Assembly: GCA_964016885.1 (NCBI GenBank)
Contig: OZ024741.1
Coordinates: 356,624,001-356,688,000, forward strand
Direction of reading: 5' to 3'
DNA: 64,000 bases
DNA from: Eledone cirrhosa
Taxonomy: Eukaryota
Positions 1 through 11,587 of the stretch are shown one piece after another. Each line of letters opens with the position of its first letter. The stretch's first letter is position 1. A model generated the notes under the pieces. It was given only the letters and a program-made list of their open reading frames with translations, did not search any database and was not told the origin of the DNA. The position numbers and the translations under genes were made by a program.

Positions 1-119
1 ATTACTGGTACTTTATTTTATTGACCCCGTAAGGATGAAAGGCAAAGTTAACCTCGGCGGGATTTGAACTCAGACTGTAAAGGGACGTAACTATGCTAGA
101 AAGCATGGCGTTTTATATA

Positions 120-660
120 ATATAATAATGAAAGTTATTGTATACAGTGCTCAGGTGCACTACAACTCATCAAAGGTACATGCATAGTACAGAGAATAAT
201 TTACAAATGTTAGGAGAGTGAACAGTGTATGAATCATGTTATACACACAGACACATGCATGTGTATGGAGGAGGAATATCAGGTGTAGTGTTGGCGAATT
301 TTAGGAAGCATGGAAATTTTGAAGGATGCAGTGTCCCAACAGCTAACAACCGATGCAGGTAGTTTGTTCCATGCATTAGCAACTCTGAGCATGAAAAAAT
401 GTTTCGAAAAGTCATGGGAGCTGTACTGTTTTCTGACTTTGTAAGCATATCCATGGGTGTTGGACACATGGAATTCAAAAAGGTGCTCAGGGTTGTTGGT
501 TGGAAAGATGGTTAATAATCTTGTGGGTTGCCAGACATCAGAGCTTTAATGTATCCATGCCTAGGGAAGCAAGGCATTCAGAGTATGGTAGATGCCTGAT
601 GGAGGGTATTTGTTTCGTTGCATGTCCCTGAACAGTTTCCAGGAGATCAATATGGTTTTT
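120..660 (-). mobile_element. CR1-type LINE 3' fragment
   Basis: THGYAYKVRK..KHFFMLRVANAWNKLPASVVS is the CR1/L2-group ORF2 C-terminus; near-identical copy at 57425-57770. Confidence 0.75.
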
Positions 661-929
661 GAAAATAAAATTTTGAAGGAGGTTTAGTAATATAACTAAC
701 TTCTTCATTATTAACTAGTTAAATTCATGGTATTTATTATGCTTCGCAGTATAAAGTTACTTCCCTTTACATTCTGAATTCAAATTCCGCCGAGGTTATT
801 TTTATCTTTCATCCTTACGGGATTGATAAAATAAAGCACCAGTATCGTACTGGGGTCGATCTAATTGACTTTCCCTCCCTCAAAATTGTTGGCCATGTGC
901 CTAACTCAGAAACCATTATTAAACTGGTC

Positions 930-1900
930 AAAAGTAGAAACAATTATTAAACTGGTATTTAAAGCATAGCTTAACAAATGTTCTTACATAAAATTCTGAC
1001 AGATTTTTTTTAGATAAATATAAACACTTTAACACTTTCATTGCCATATTTCTTATGAAAGACCCTGCCTATGATTTTCAAATAATTTTGAAAATAATCA
1101 AGAATTTGAAGGGATTTAATCAAATAACTTTCTCATTACTCAGTTGGTGTTTAGAAAATAACATAACAAAGATTCTCACATAGAATTATGTTAGAAGGTA
1201 TTTTTTAGGTGAATATAAACACTTTAATCCTTTAATGACTGGATTAAAAAAAATATATACCGTCTATGCTTTTCAAATCCTTTTTAAAAGGTACTGGTTT
1301 TATTTTGTTATCTGTTGTACATCAATATATTACGTCAACTATATTTTACAAAAAGAAGTTGTATAATGATGAAGAAAAAAATATTTTCTTCTTCTGCCTC
1401 CATGGTACTTTCAAGAAGAAGATGAAGAAGAAGGAGGATCTACACGAAACAATTGAAACTGTAAAAGTTTTGCTTCCACAATATGTTTATTTTATATATG
1501 CCTCTCCCCTTTCTTTATCATATTTCTAATGAAATACACTGCTTATGCTGTTTGAAAATAAGATTTTAAAGCCTGTTGCTGCTCTTCCTACAACTAGCCA
1601 GTGAATCATAAAGCGCTCACTCCAGCAAACTGAAATGAACAGAGTTAGGTGCCTTAAAACCTGTTTGTTACCATATCTCTAATGAAATATACTGCCTATT
1701 ATTTTCAAGTCATTTTGAAAATAATCAAGAATTTGAAGGGATTTAGTAATATAATTAACTTTCTCATTATTAAGCTGGTGTTTGGAAAGCAACTAAACAA
1801 AGGTTCTTACATAAAATTATGATGGAAGATTTTTAGATAACTATAAACATTTTGAAACAAAAAGAGGTTGTTTAAGGTAGTTTTCTATCAAAAGGGTTAA
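930..1900. mobile_element. Cluster of a second TTAA-type MITE family (other copies near 37060-37245 and 43230-43415)
   Basis: Repeated GAAAATAATCAAGAATTTGAAGGGATTTA..CTCATTA; ends AAAGGGTTAA at 1900. Confidence 0.55.
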
Positions 1901-2298
1901 TCTGAGCAAATCAAAATAACACTTGCAAGATCTGAACTAATGATCATGCTCTTGTTATCACTGTTTAGCTCCAGGTCAGCTCTGATCATGCAGACATTTT
2001 ATCAAAGACATTCTAGACATGACAATTCTGCCTTTTTCCTATGTACAGGGAACCCAGCATCACATTATTCAGCATGTTCTTTTCTAAGGTGATAGAATGG
2101 AACTTGATTTGGCAGTTATTTCTAGAAGGTCAGAAAACCTTGTAATAGCTTTTATTCTATTGGCTTATAATTGTCAAGTGACCAATAATATCTTAACCTC
2201 ATAGCCATTGTGACGATATACATTCATTTTGACCTATATAATACATATATTTGGCATGTTTACATGTCTCTCACTCTATATATATATGTTTAAATCTA

Positions 2299-2724
2299 CC
2301 CGATGTATTCAAACATTATTAATCCCGCCGGAGTTGACTTTGCCTTTCATCCTTACGGGGTCGATAAAATAAAGTACCAGTAATGCACTGGGTAATTGCT
2401 GGCCTTGTGCCTAAAGTAGAAACAATTATAGTTATCTCGTTCAGCTAACAGAAAGGAATTGCTTATCCATACAATAAAGACGGATATGAGCTACGTTGAA
2501 TATAATACCCTAAATATACAATACCCAAGTAAAGGATGAGATGGTCATGACTGTAATGGCTTTGATCATAAGTCTGCTGACCTAAAGCTAAACAACAACA
2601 TGCACACTGCACATACATACACACTAACTCCCATACATCAAATATATATAGAAAATGTAAAAGTATTTTCTATTATACATATTAAGTTGTGTGATAAACA
2701 GTCAAAGTATACAATAAATTTATA

Positions 2725-2785
<61 letters not shown>

Positions 2786-3235
2786 ACATATATACAGTAT
2801 AGAGGTAACTGAGACTGCATATATGCATTTATAAATTGAATATATAGACATGTAAACATGCCAAATATACATATTTCCCTGATAAACACTAAATCTGGAT
2901 TAATCTGCATACCTAAATATGGTTGCGCGATCCCCCCCCCCACACACACAGCCCCGGCGGACAGGATGGAGAGGCGTTCCCACGGAGGATGGCAAGGGAC
3001 ACGCGCTGGAAAAGCCACTCCAACTCGCGGGATTCACACCTGCAGCTAGCCAACTCAGCGCCTATGGTGGTGAGTAGGGAGGTAGCCCTAGGGCCAAGGA
3101 CACCAGAAGTCTCCACTGCCAGGGGTACAACTGCAAACCTGTTGGAGAGCGACCGGTATTTGAGGAGCTTGGCCTCCTCAGTCAGACGTGCAGCAGAACC
3201 TGGGTTAGTGGCAGACTGCACCAGGTTGCAGAAAA
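2299..3235 (-). mobile_element. 5'-truncated CRE-like (RLE-type) non-LTR insertion with 13-bp target-site duplication and internal secondary inserts
   Basis: KYRSL..VPLAVETSGVLG..WLFQRVSLAILRGNA; ATGTTTAAATCTA at 2286-2298 and 3236-3248. Confidence 0.7.
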
Positions 3236-3361
3236 ATGTTTAAATCTATATACACACTAGCTACCTCAGTTACTTCTATACTACCTTTATACTGTATATG
3301 TACAGATATAAATTTATCATATACTTTGGTTGCTTAGTACACAACTTAATCATTTCCTTTA

Positions 3362-3742
3362 TCATTTCATTTTACGTCTGCTTTTCCCTGCTTGCAAGGG
3401 TGGGACGGGAACTGATTCTGGCTTGATTTCTACAGCTGGATGCCCTTCCTAACACCAACCTCATTTACAGTGAGTGCTGGGTGCTTTTTTCATGTGCACC
3501 TACACATCCACTGTACAGTGTGGGCTGGGTGCTTTTTTTGCCGTGGCACCTCCACAACCACTTTGCAGTGGAATGATATGGACCACAGTCCCTATCATCT
3601 CATTTCTACAGCTGAGTAAACTGCAGCAATGTGAAATAAAGTGTCTTGCTCAAGGAAACCACACATCACCCGGTCTGAGAATTGAACTCACAACCTTTCG
3701 ATTGCAAGGCCAATGCTCTAACCACTAAGCCATGTGCCTCCA
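3362..3742 (-). mobile_element. tRNA-headed SINE with CORE-like middle and bipartite RTE-derived tail
   Basis: A box TGGCTTAGTGG, B box GAGTTCAATTC, CCTTGAGCAAGACACTT; 3430-3500 matches the RTE 5'UTR (48120-48190) and 3368-3410 matches the RTE 3' end (44973-45014). Confidence 0.75.
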
Positions 3743-5587
3743 TAATATATGACAAAATCAACTATCAACATGAACACTAATAATATGCAAATTAGTATGT
3801 CCATTTCATGATAGGGTATATAAGCCCCTTGCTTACGTATTTCCTTGTTGTTTAGATGATAACATACGTATTTCCTTGTGGTTGTTTAGATGATATACAT
3901 ACCTTCTGATGAGAACCCAACAAGGTTTGAAAATCAATTAGTGTTTATCAGGGAAATATGTATATTTGGCATGTTTACATGTCTATATATTCAATTTATA
4001 AATGCATATATGCAGTCTCAGTTGCCTCTATATTGTATATATGCATACATATATATATATATATATACACACAGATATAAATTTATTGTATACTTTGACT
4101 GTTTATCACAACTTAATATGTATAATAGAAAATACTTTTACATTTTCTATATATATTTGATGTATGGGAGTTAGTGTGTATGTATGTGCAGTGTGCATGT
4201 TGTTGTTTAGCTTTAGGTCAGCAGACTTATGATCAAAGCCATTACAGTCATGACCATCTCATCCTTTACTTGGGTATTGTATATTTAAAACTATATAATG
4301 TGTCAGCCCTTTTTCAAAACATGAGACTGTAATTTGAAGATGACTTAGATGCTATTACTAGTAGGTCAAGCGACCATGTGGTGGCTCCCTTAGTGGTCTG
4401 TTATGTGTTGTGTGTACACTTGAGTGTGCAAATATTCATACATTTGGTATGTGTTGTGTGTGCATTTGAGTGTGCAAATATTCATACTAGCAGTAAGGCT
4501 TACTGTTTATTTATCACTTTTGTTTATGCTATTTCTTATTATTTGCCCAGCTTTTGCCCTCTAACACACCCATCTGTTTGCTTTTTATTATTATTAGTTT
4601 ATCTTTATAAGCTTAGTAGTTAGAGTGTTCAGCTCAAAATGATAAGATCATGAGGCCAATTCTCGATGGCATGTTGTGTTCTTGAGCAAGAGACTTTATT
4701 TCAAGTTGCTCTGGTCCACTCAGATGGCAAAAATGACTTATACTTATAATTCAAAGAGCCAGGCTTGTCACATACTGTCCCACTGAATCTCCCTGAGAAG
4801 TAAGTTTAAGGTACACATATCAGTGGAATGCTCAGCTTCTTGCATGTTAATTTCATGAGCAAGCAATTCCTTTGTTTGAACAACTGAAACACTCGTCAGA
4901 ACCAATGGGAGTCAATAAGTGGTCGCACAAACTGTTTTCCTTTCAGATGCAGAAAACAGATACCAATCTACCTTTAGACCTTTAGTATAAGTTCTTTAGC
5001 TGTATAAAGTATTGGTAGCAGAAAGGATCATGTTTCATAGTTGAGGAAAGGATCAGATCAGAAGGCATATGTTAAAACATAATAACAATTTTATTTTTTT
5101 CTTCTTTGTATTAATATAAGTACAAGAGAGTGAAGTGCTGCAACATATCTCATAATTAAGTTGAACGATGAAATGTAATTCCTTGCAGAGTTATATATCG
5201 TTATTACTCTTGGCATTAGAAGGCAGGATGAAGAAAATCAGGAACGAGTTACACATAGTACTGTTCTGTAGAAAATCCGGAACGTAACTGCTGGAGAATT
5301 GCTAATTAGGTGCGAAATCGACTGCTGGGTGGAAGTCGTTCTTAGTATTCCTACACCACCAACCCAAAGGGCTAGCGACTGACCAAGCACGACCCAATTA
5401 CTTTGCCATGATAAAGTAGTGCCATTGCTTACTACATAGCCATCCACCAGAAACTCAACACTTTTCATGAGAGAACCAATATTGTTGGAAATCCTCCTTC
5501 TTCCTGCCCAGTTTAAAATTTTATGGCTGCCAGCATCAATGTTGGCATGATGGAAAGTAGATCAAGAGAGATTGCTGAGATGCTGGA

Positions 5588-5878
5588 GGCCAAGGTCATT
5601 GATACAAATTTTTCTGAGTGAGAAACAACAATGAAGTGAGTAGAGTAGGCATACTGTTGGATGACAAATGGACAAAGTAATCGAGATATTTAGAGTATGT
5701 GATAGAATAATTAAGCAAGATGGGGAAAACCCCAGTCAGACTCCTCACAGGCCAAGGTCATTGATACAAATTTTTCTGAGTGGGAAACAACAATGAAGTG
5801 AATAGAGTAGGCATACTGTTGGATGACAAATGGACAAAGTAATCGAGATATTTAGAGTATGTGATAGAATAATTAAGC
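5588..5878. repeat. ~130-bp direct duplication inside the decayed RTE
   Basis: GGCCAAGGTCATTGATACAAA...GATAGAATAATTAAGC at 5588-5716 and 5750-5878. Confidence 0.85.
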
Positions 5879-6287
5879 TTAGACTAATCATGGACAACAT
5901 GTAAGTGGCATTTATTCCTACATATGCATCAAAATGAGGATTGAGCAAAAGAACAGTTTGTAAGAAGCACTCTTGCAGAATACATTGATAAATGATGAAC
6001 CCAGCCAACCACCTAATCACCACCAATCAGAAAAAATATACTAGACAAATAGATTTCATACTCACCAGGAAATGGAATAGACAGATGGTTGTGAATGCTA
6101 AGTCTTTCCTAGTGAAGAATGCACCACACAACATAGATTAGGGATCATTAATATCAGAGCCAAGGTTAGCTTTGCCTTTAATCCTTATGGGGTCAATAAA
6201 ATAAAGTACCAGTAATGCACTGGGATCAAATTAATAGACTTTCCCTCCCACCAAAATTGTTGGCCTTATGCCTAAAATCAGAAACCA

Positions 6288-6475
6288 TGGTGAATTGGCA
6301 GTATCGGTAGAGGGTCGGACGCCATGCTTTCCAGCAGAGTTACATGCCTTTACGGTTTGAGTTCAAATCTCGTCGGGGTTAACTTTGCCTTTCATCCTTA
6401 TGGGGTCGATAAAATAAAGTACCAGTAATGTACTGGGTAATTTCTGGCCTTGTGCCAAAAGTAGAAACAATTATT
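6288..6475 (+). mobile_element. Abundant tRNA-derived SINE with Meta-like central domain (representative copy)
   Basis: TGGCAG..GAGTTCAAATC..AACTTTGCCTTTCATCCTTA.GGGGTCGATAAAATAAAGTACCAG..AGAAACAATTATT; other copies near 1-110, 740-920, 2322-2430, 6165-6287, 20375-20459, 29565-29757, 37405-37585, 49950-50110, 51345-51495, 51853-52030, 53952-54130, 54190-54322, 60858-61060. Confidence 0.85.
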
Positions 6476-6702
6476 AACAGAGGAAAAATGAACTCTGAAA
6501 TAAAAAGCAATCTGGGAAATGTAAAAATGAAAGTTGAAAGTTCTCTCAGTCATATGCAAATTCAAAGAAATACTAGGTGACACCTAGGATGAGAAGTGGG
6601 AGATGGAGACTTCTAAGATAAAAAAAACAACTCAGAGTTTCTAAGAGATAATTTTCCATGAGACACAGATCAGACTTAGATTTCAGCAAGACAGAAAATG
6701 AC

Positions 6703-7227
6703 AGGTGGTAGCGTGTGATAGAATAGATAGAGATGGGATAAGTGGTAGAGTGTGGTAGAATAGATAGAGATGGGATAGGTGGTAGAGTGTGGTAGAATAG
6801 ATAGAGATGGGATAAGTGATAGAGTGTGGTAGAATAGATAGAGATGGGATAAGTGGTAGCGTGTGATAGAATAGATAGAGATGGGATAAGTGGTAGAGTG
6901 TGGTAGAATAGATAGAGATGGGATAAGTGGTAGAGTGTGGTAGAATAGATAGAGATGGGATAGGTGGTAGAGTGTGGTAGAATAGATAGAGATGGGATAG
7001 GTGGTAGAGTGTGATAGGATAGAGATGGGATAAGTGATAGAGTGTGGTAGAATAGATAGGGATGGGATAAGTGGTAGAGTGTGGTAGAATAGATAGAGAT
7101 GGGATAGGTGGTAGCGTGTGGTAGAATAGATAGAGATGGGATAGGTTGTAGAGTGTGGTAGAATAGATAGAGATGGGATAAGTGGTAGAGTGTGGTAGAA
7201 TAGATAGCGATGGGATAAGTGGTAGAA
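6703..7227. repeat. 37-bp satellite, block 1
   Basis: Tandem GATGGGATA(A/G)GTGGTAGAGTGTGGTAGAATAGATAGA. Confidence 0.97.
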
Positions 7228-10190
7228 ATGATATCGGAAGAAACGGACCAGTTGTTGGCCAGAGAGAAAGGTGCCTGACCTCAGTCCTTTCAGACGCGTC
7301 CACCATACAACCTCTTTCGCCATGGCTATTACGCACAGAAACACCGCCTCTGCTTCATCTTTGAAGAGGGGAGGCGGCTTGATCATTACAATAGACTCGG
7401 TGGTCAACCGGATCGGTCCCACCCTTGACAGCAGTTGTTCGACATAGCCCCACAGATCGGCTACGCCCGAGCAGTGTACCAATGCGTGTGCAACGGTTTC
7501 CTCGTCGCACACGCATCTGGGACAGATCTTTTTGGCGGGGTCCCTACCCGGGCGCCCGTGTCTGTAGAGCCTTTCTCGAACGGGTAAAGCCCCTCGGTAG
7601 CACTGCCAGGCCAGGGACTTCTGGAAGTTGTCCATAGGTCCCGGGCTGAATGTCCTACCGAACAGGCTGGCCAGTTCGTCCTCCTCCATGTCTAGGGCTT
7701 CTCCGAGGGCGTCGTCGCACCTGCTGCGTACCAGCCCTCTATAGAATGTTGCGGTGGAGTCTCCACTGATAACCGGATCCGCCTGCCAGAGGGCGGTGAG
7801 CGCCTGGGCACACTCAGTGTGCCAGGCGCCCAGTTTTCTCGGTCTTTGCTTGACCCAGGATTGCAGCTCGGTGAGTGAGACGAGTCTGGGAAAGGTTCGT
7901 CTCACAAACGAGGCCCACACCGGTTGTCCGGTGAGGAATACGTAGAGGTGCCGTAGCCTTAATGCGTGTTTACGCATCATTAGCCACGGCATCCCCAGCC
8001 CTCCTTTCGAAGGGTGTTGACAGCAGATGGATCTCCTCACCATAGGAGCCCGCCTCTTCCAAAGGAATTGGAAGAGCGCGCGCTCCATCTTGGTGAGGGT
8101 TTCCCTTGGGCAGGGCACTACGGTCAGGCGGTAGTAGATGACGGACGCTATGTAGGTGTTCGCCGCCTCCGCCCGACCTTTCAGGGATAGTTTGCAACTG
8201 GCCCACTTCTGGGTCAGTGCAAACACCCTGTTCGTAACCTCCGCCCAGTTTTTCTCCACCTGGAGGTCCGGTCCGAACCAGACCCCGAGCAACTTCACCG
8301 GGCCCTCCGTCCAGCGTCCGACGACGCCATCGGAGGGCATCGGTCTGCCCCTCCACGTGCCGAGTTGCAAACCGATCGACTTGTCCCGGTTCAGCTTAGC
8401 CCCTGTGAACTTTTCGTACTCCTCCAGTAAGGTGCCGACCGCCTCGATTTCGGAGGCCGTCGACACCATTACTGTCACGTCATCGGCGTAGGCCGACACC
8501 GCTTTCCGCAATCCCGGTTCCAAAGGGATGCCCTGCAACAACTCCAACTTCCGCAGTAGTGGCTCGAGAGTCAACACATACAGAAGGGAGGAGAGAGGGC
8601 ACCCTTGTCGGATGGACCGCGCGATTTTGAACGGCTCCGAGAGGTAGCCGTTCACCTTGACCCTAGAGCAGATGCGGCTGCTGTGCATAGCAGTGATCCA
8701 GCACCTGAAAACGGGTCCGAAGCCTGCCGCCGCTAGAACCGCATCCAGGTAACCATGGTCGACCCTATCGAACGCCTTAGATTGATCCAAGTTGATCAGA
8801 GCCCCACCAAAGCCGGGTTCGTTCCCAACCCTCTCTATGATGTATCGCATGAGGTGGAGGTTGTCATGGATGGACCTGGACGGGATAGCGCATGTCTGCG
8901 CATCTCCCACCAGGTTGCCCACGACAAGCGCCAACCTCTTTGCTAGCACCTTGGCCAAAATCTGTAACTCTGTATTTAGCAGTGTTATGGGCCTGAAGTT
9001 ACTTATTTCGTCCCCCTTGTTCTCGTCCTTCCTCACTAGCGTGACTACGCCCTTGGTCACAGTACAGGGAATTCTCCCGTTCTGTTGCCAGTTGCAGTAG
9101 ACCGCCTCGAGGAGATCGGGGAACAAGTCCGGCATAGCTAGATATAATTCGTAAGGAAGACCATCGAGACCCGGGGATTTGCGTTTGCCGCATTGGCTCA
9201 GCACGTGCTCTATCTCAGCGGCCGAAATCGGCTCCTCGCAGGACTTCGCCTCCCTGTCCGAGAGGCGCGGCGGGCCGTCGAGGTATGGACCGAAGTCCAC
9301 GTTCCCAACCGGCTCCCCGCCCCTCCCGAACAGTCGGGCAAAGTGCCTTTGAAAGGCCTCACACATCTGCTTAGGCTCAAGAATCGCCCGTCCATCCAGG
9401 TCTCGCAAAGACCGGATGGTGGATTTAGTTCCACTGTTGGCCTCTGTCACGCGGGCCCAGCTAACAGCTTTGGTCCCCTCGTTCCCTAGAGCACGTATTT
9501 TACTTCGGACAACGCAGCCTTCGTGCTTCGCGTCGAAAAACTGGCTCAAAGCCGTTCTCGACGCTAGCACTCTGGCCACGTCGCCGCTTCTAATTGCCTC
9601 TTCTACTCTATCTATTAGCTCCCTTTCCTTCCTATTCCTATCCGCAGCTAGAACCTTACTAAATTCTATCGAGACTAATCTAATCTCTCTCTTTAGAGAT
9701 ACCCACCACCTGCTGTTGATCGCTCCAGTCAACCGTTCCTTAACTAACGTACTAATCCGATTCCTGTAGGCTCTACTTGCCGGCAAGGACAAGTTGAGCT
9801 TCCAGTAACCGGGGCCCTGTCTATGAGTTCTGTCAAGGTTGACCATGCAGGTCACTAATTTGTGGTCTGAATAGCCAACAATGCGCATTTTTGGACAACT
9901 TAAAAAGTCCTTATCCTTAATTCTAACTAAGAACCTATCTAGGTACGACCTAGATGATCCGCTACGATTTGCCCAAGTCCAGGTTGGCGCAGTCGGAAAA
10001 TATAGTCGATATCTATCGGCCAGGTCAAATCGACCGATTAACCCTTTGAGGCTATTACACCCCTCTCTATTGGGGCAGGCCCCTACGTAGTCCCAGCGTG
10101 CATCTAGGATACCATTCCAGTCTCCCACTAATAGCAAGGGGCGGGACGTCCCTAGAAAAGTCTCCAGACGATGGAAGAAGTCCGGCCGCA
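7228..10190 (-). mobile_element. Tx1-clade (L1 group) non-LTR retrotransposon ORF2, truncated at both ends
   Basis: Stop-free frame: APE endonuclease C-half (LLVGDWN, SYLDRF, SDHK), RT (FRPITLLN, DQSKAFDRV, RQGCPLS, AYADD), C-terminal CPRC..ETVAHALVHC zinc motif; GC-rich relative to host. Confidence 0.88.
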
Positions 10191-11587
10191 TTGGGATAAG
10201 TGGTAGAGTGTGGTAGAATAGATAGAGATGGGATAAGTGGTAGAGTGTGGTAGAATAGATAGAGATGGAATAGGTGGTAGCGTGTGATAGAATAGATAGA
10301 GCTGGGATAGGTGGTAGAGTGTGGTAGAATAGATAGAGATGGGATAAGTGGTAGAGTTTGGTAGAATAGATAGAGATGGGATAGGTGGTAGCGTGTGGTA
10401 GAATAGATAGAGATGGGATAGAGATGGGATAGGTGGTAGCGTGTGATAGAATAGATAGAGATGGGATAGGTGGTAGAGTGTGGTAGAATAGATAGAGATG
10501 GGATAAGTGGTAGTAGAGTGTGGTAGAATAGATAGAGATGGGATAGGTGGTAGAGTGTGATAGAATAGGTAGAGATGGGATAGGTGGTAGAGTGTGGTAG
10601 AATAGATAGAGATGGGATAAGTGGTAGAGTGTGGTAGAATAGATAGAGATGGGATAAGTGGTAGAGTGTGGTAGAATAGATAGAGATGGGATAAGTGGTA
10701 GAGTGTGGTAGAATAGATAGAGATGGGATAAGTGGTAGAGTGTGGTAGAATAGATAGAGATGGGATAGGTGGTAGAGTGTGGTAGAATAGATAGAGATGG
10801 GATAAGTGGTAGAGTGTGGTAGAATAGATAGAGATGGGATAGGTGGTAGAATAGATAGAGATGGGATAGGTGGTAGAGTGTGGTAGAATAGATAGAGATG
10901 GGATAAGTGGTAGAGTGTGGTAGAATAGATAGAGATGGGATAAGTGGTAGAGTGTGGTAGAATAGATAGAGATGGGATAGGTGGTAGAGTGTGGTAGAAT
11001 AGATAGAGATGGGATAGGTGGTAGAGTGTGATAGAATAGATAGAGATGGGATAAGTGATAGAGTGTGGTAGAATAGATAGGGATGGGATAAGTGGTAGAG
11101 TGTGGTAGAATAGATAGAGATGGGATAGGTGGTAGAGTGTGGTAGAATAGATAGAGATGGGATAAGTGGTAGAGTGTGGTAGAATAGATAGAGATGGGAT
11201 AGGTGGTAGAATAGATAGAGATGGGATAGGTGGTAGAGTGTGGTAGAATAGATAGAGATGGGATAAGTGGTAGAGTGTGGTAGAATAGATAGAGATGGGA
11301 TAAGTGGTAGAGTGTGGTAGAATAGATAGAGATGGGATAGGTGGTAGAGTGTGGTAGAATAGATAGAGATGGGATAGGTGGTAGAGTGTGATAGAATAGA
11401 TAGAGATGGGATAAGTGATAGAGTGTGGTAGAATAGATAGGGATGGGATAAGTGGTAGAGTGTGGTAGAATAGATAGGGATGGGATAAGTGGTAGAGTGT
11501 GGTAGAATAGATAGAGATGGGATAGGTGGTAGCGTGTGGTAGAATAGATAGAGATGGGATAGGTTGTAGAGTGTGGTAGAATAGATA
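10191..11587. repeat. 37-bp satellite, block 2, with a 360-bp higher-order repeat
   Basis: Same monomer; 10801-11100 recurs at 11161-11460 (period 360 = 9x37 plus one 27-bp variant). Confidence 0.97.

Noticed and set aside
2600-3018. Short ORFs with IYIYIY runs here and at other (TA)n or (CA)n tracts
   Set aside because: Microsatellite translation artefacts
7182-10090. Many plus-strand and alternative-frame ORFs over the Tx1 copy
   Set aside because: Shadow frames of a GC-rich coding sequence with no recognisable motifs
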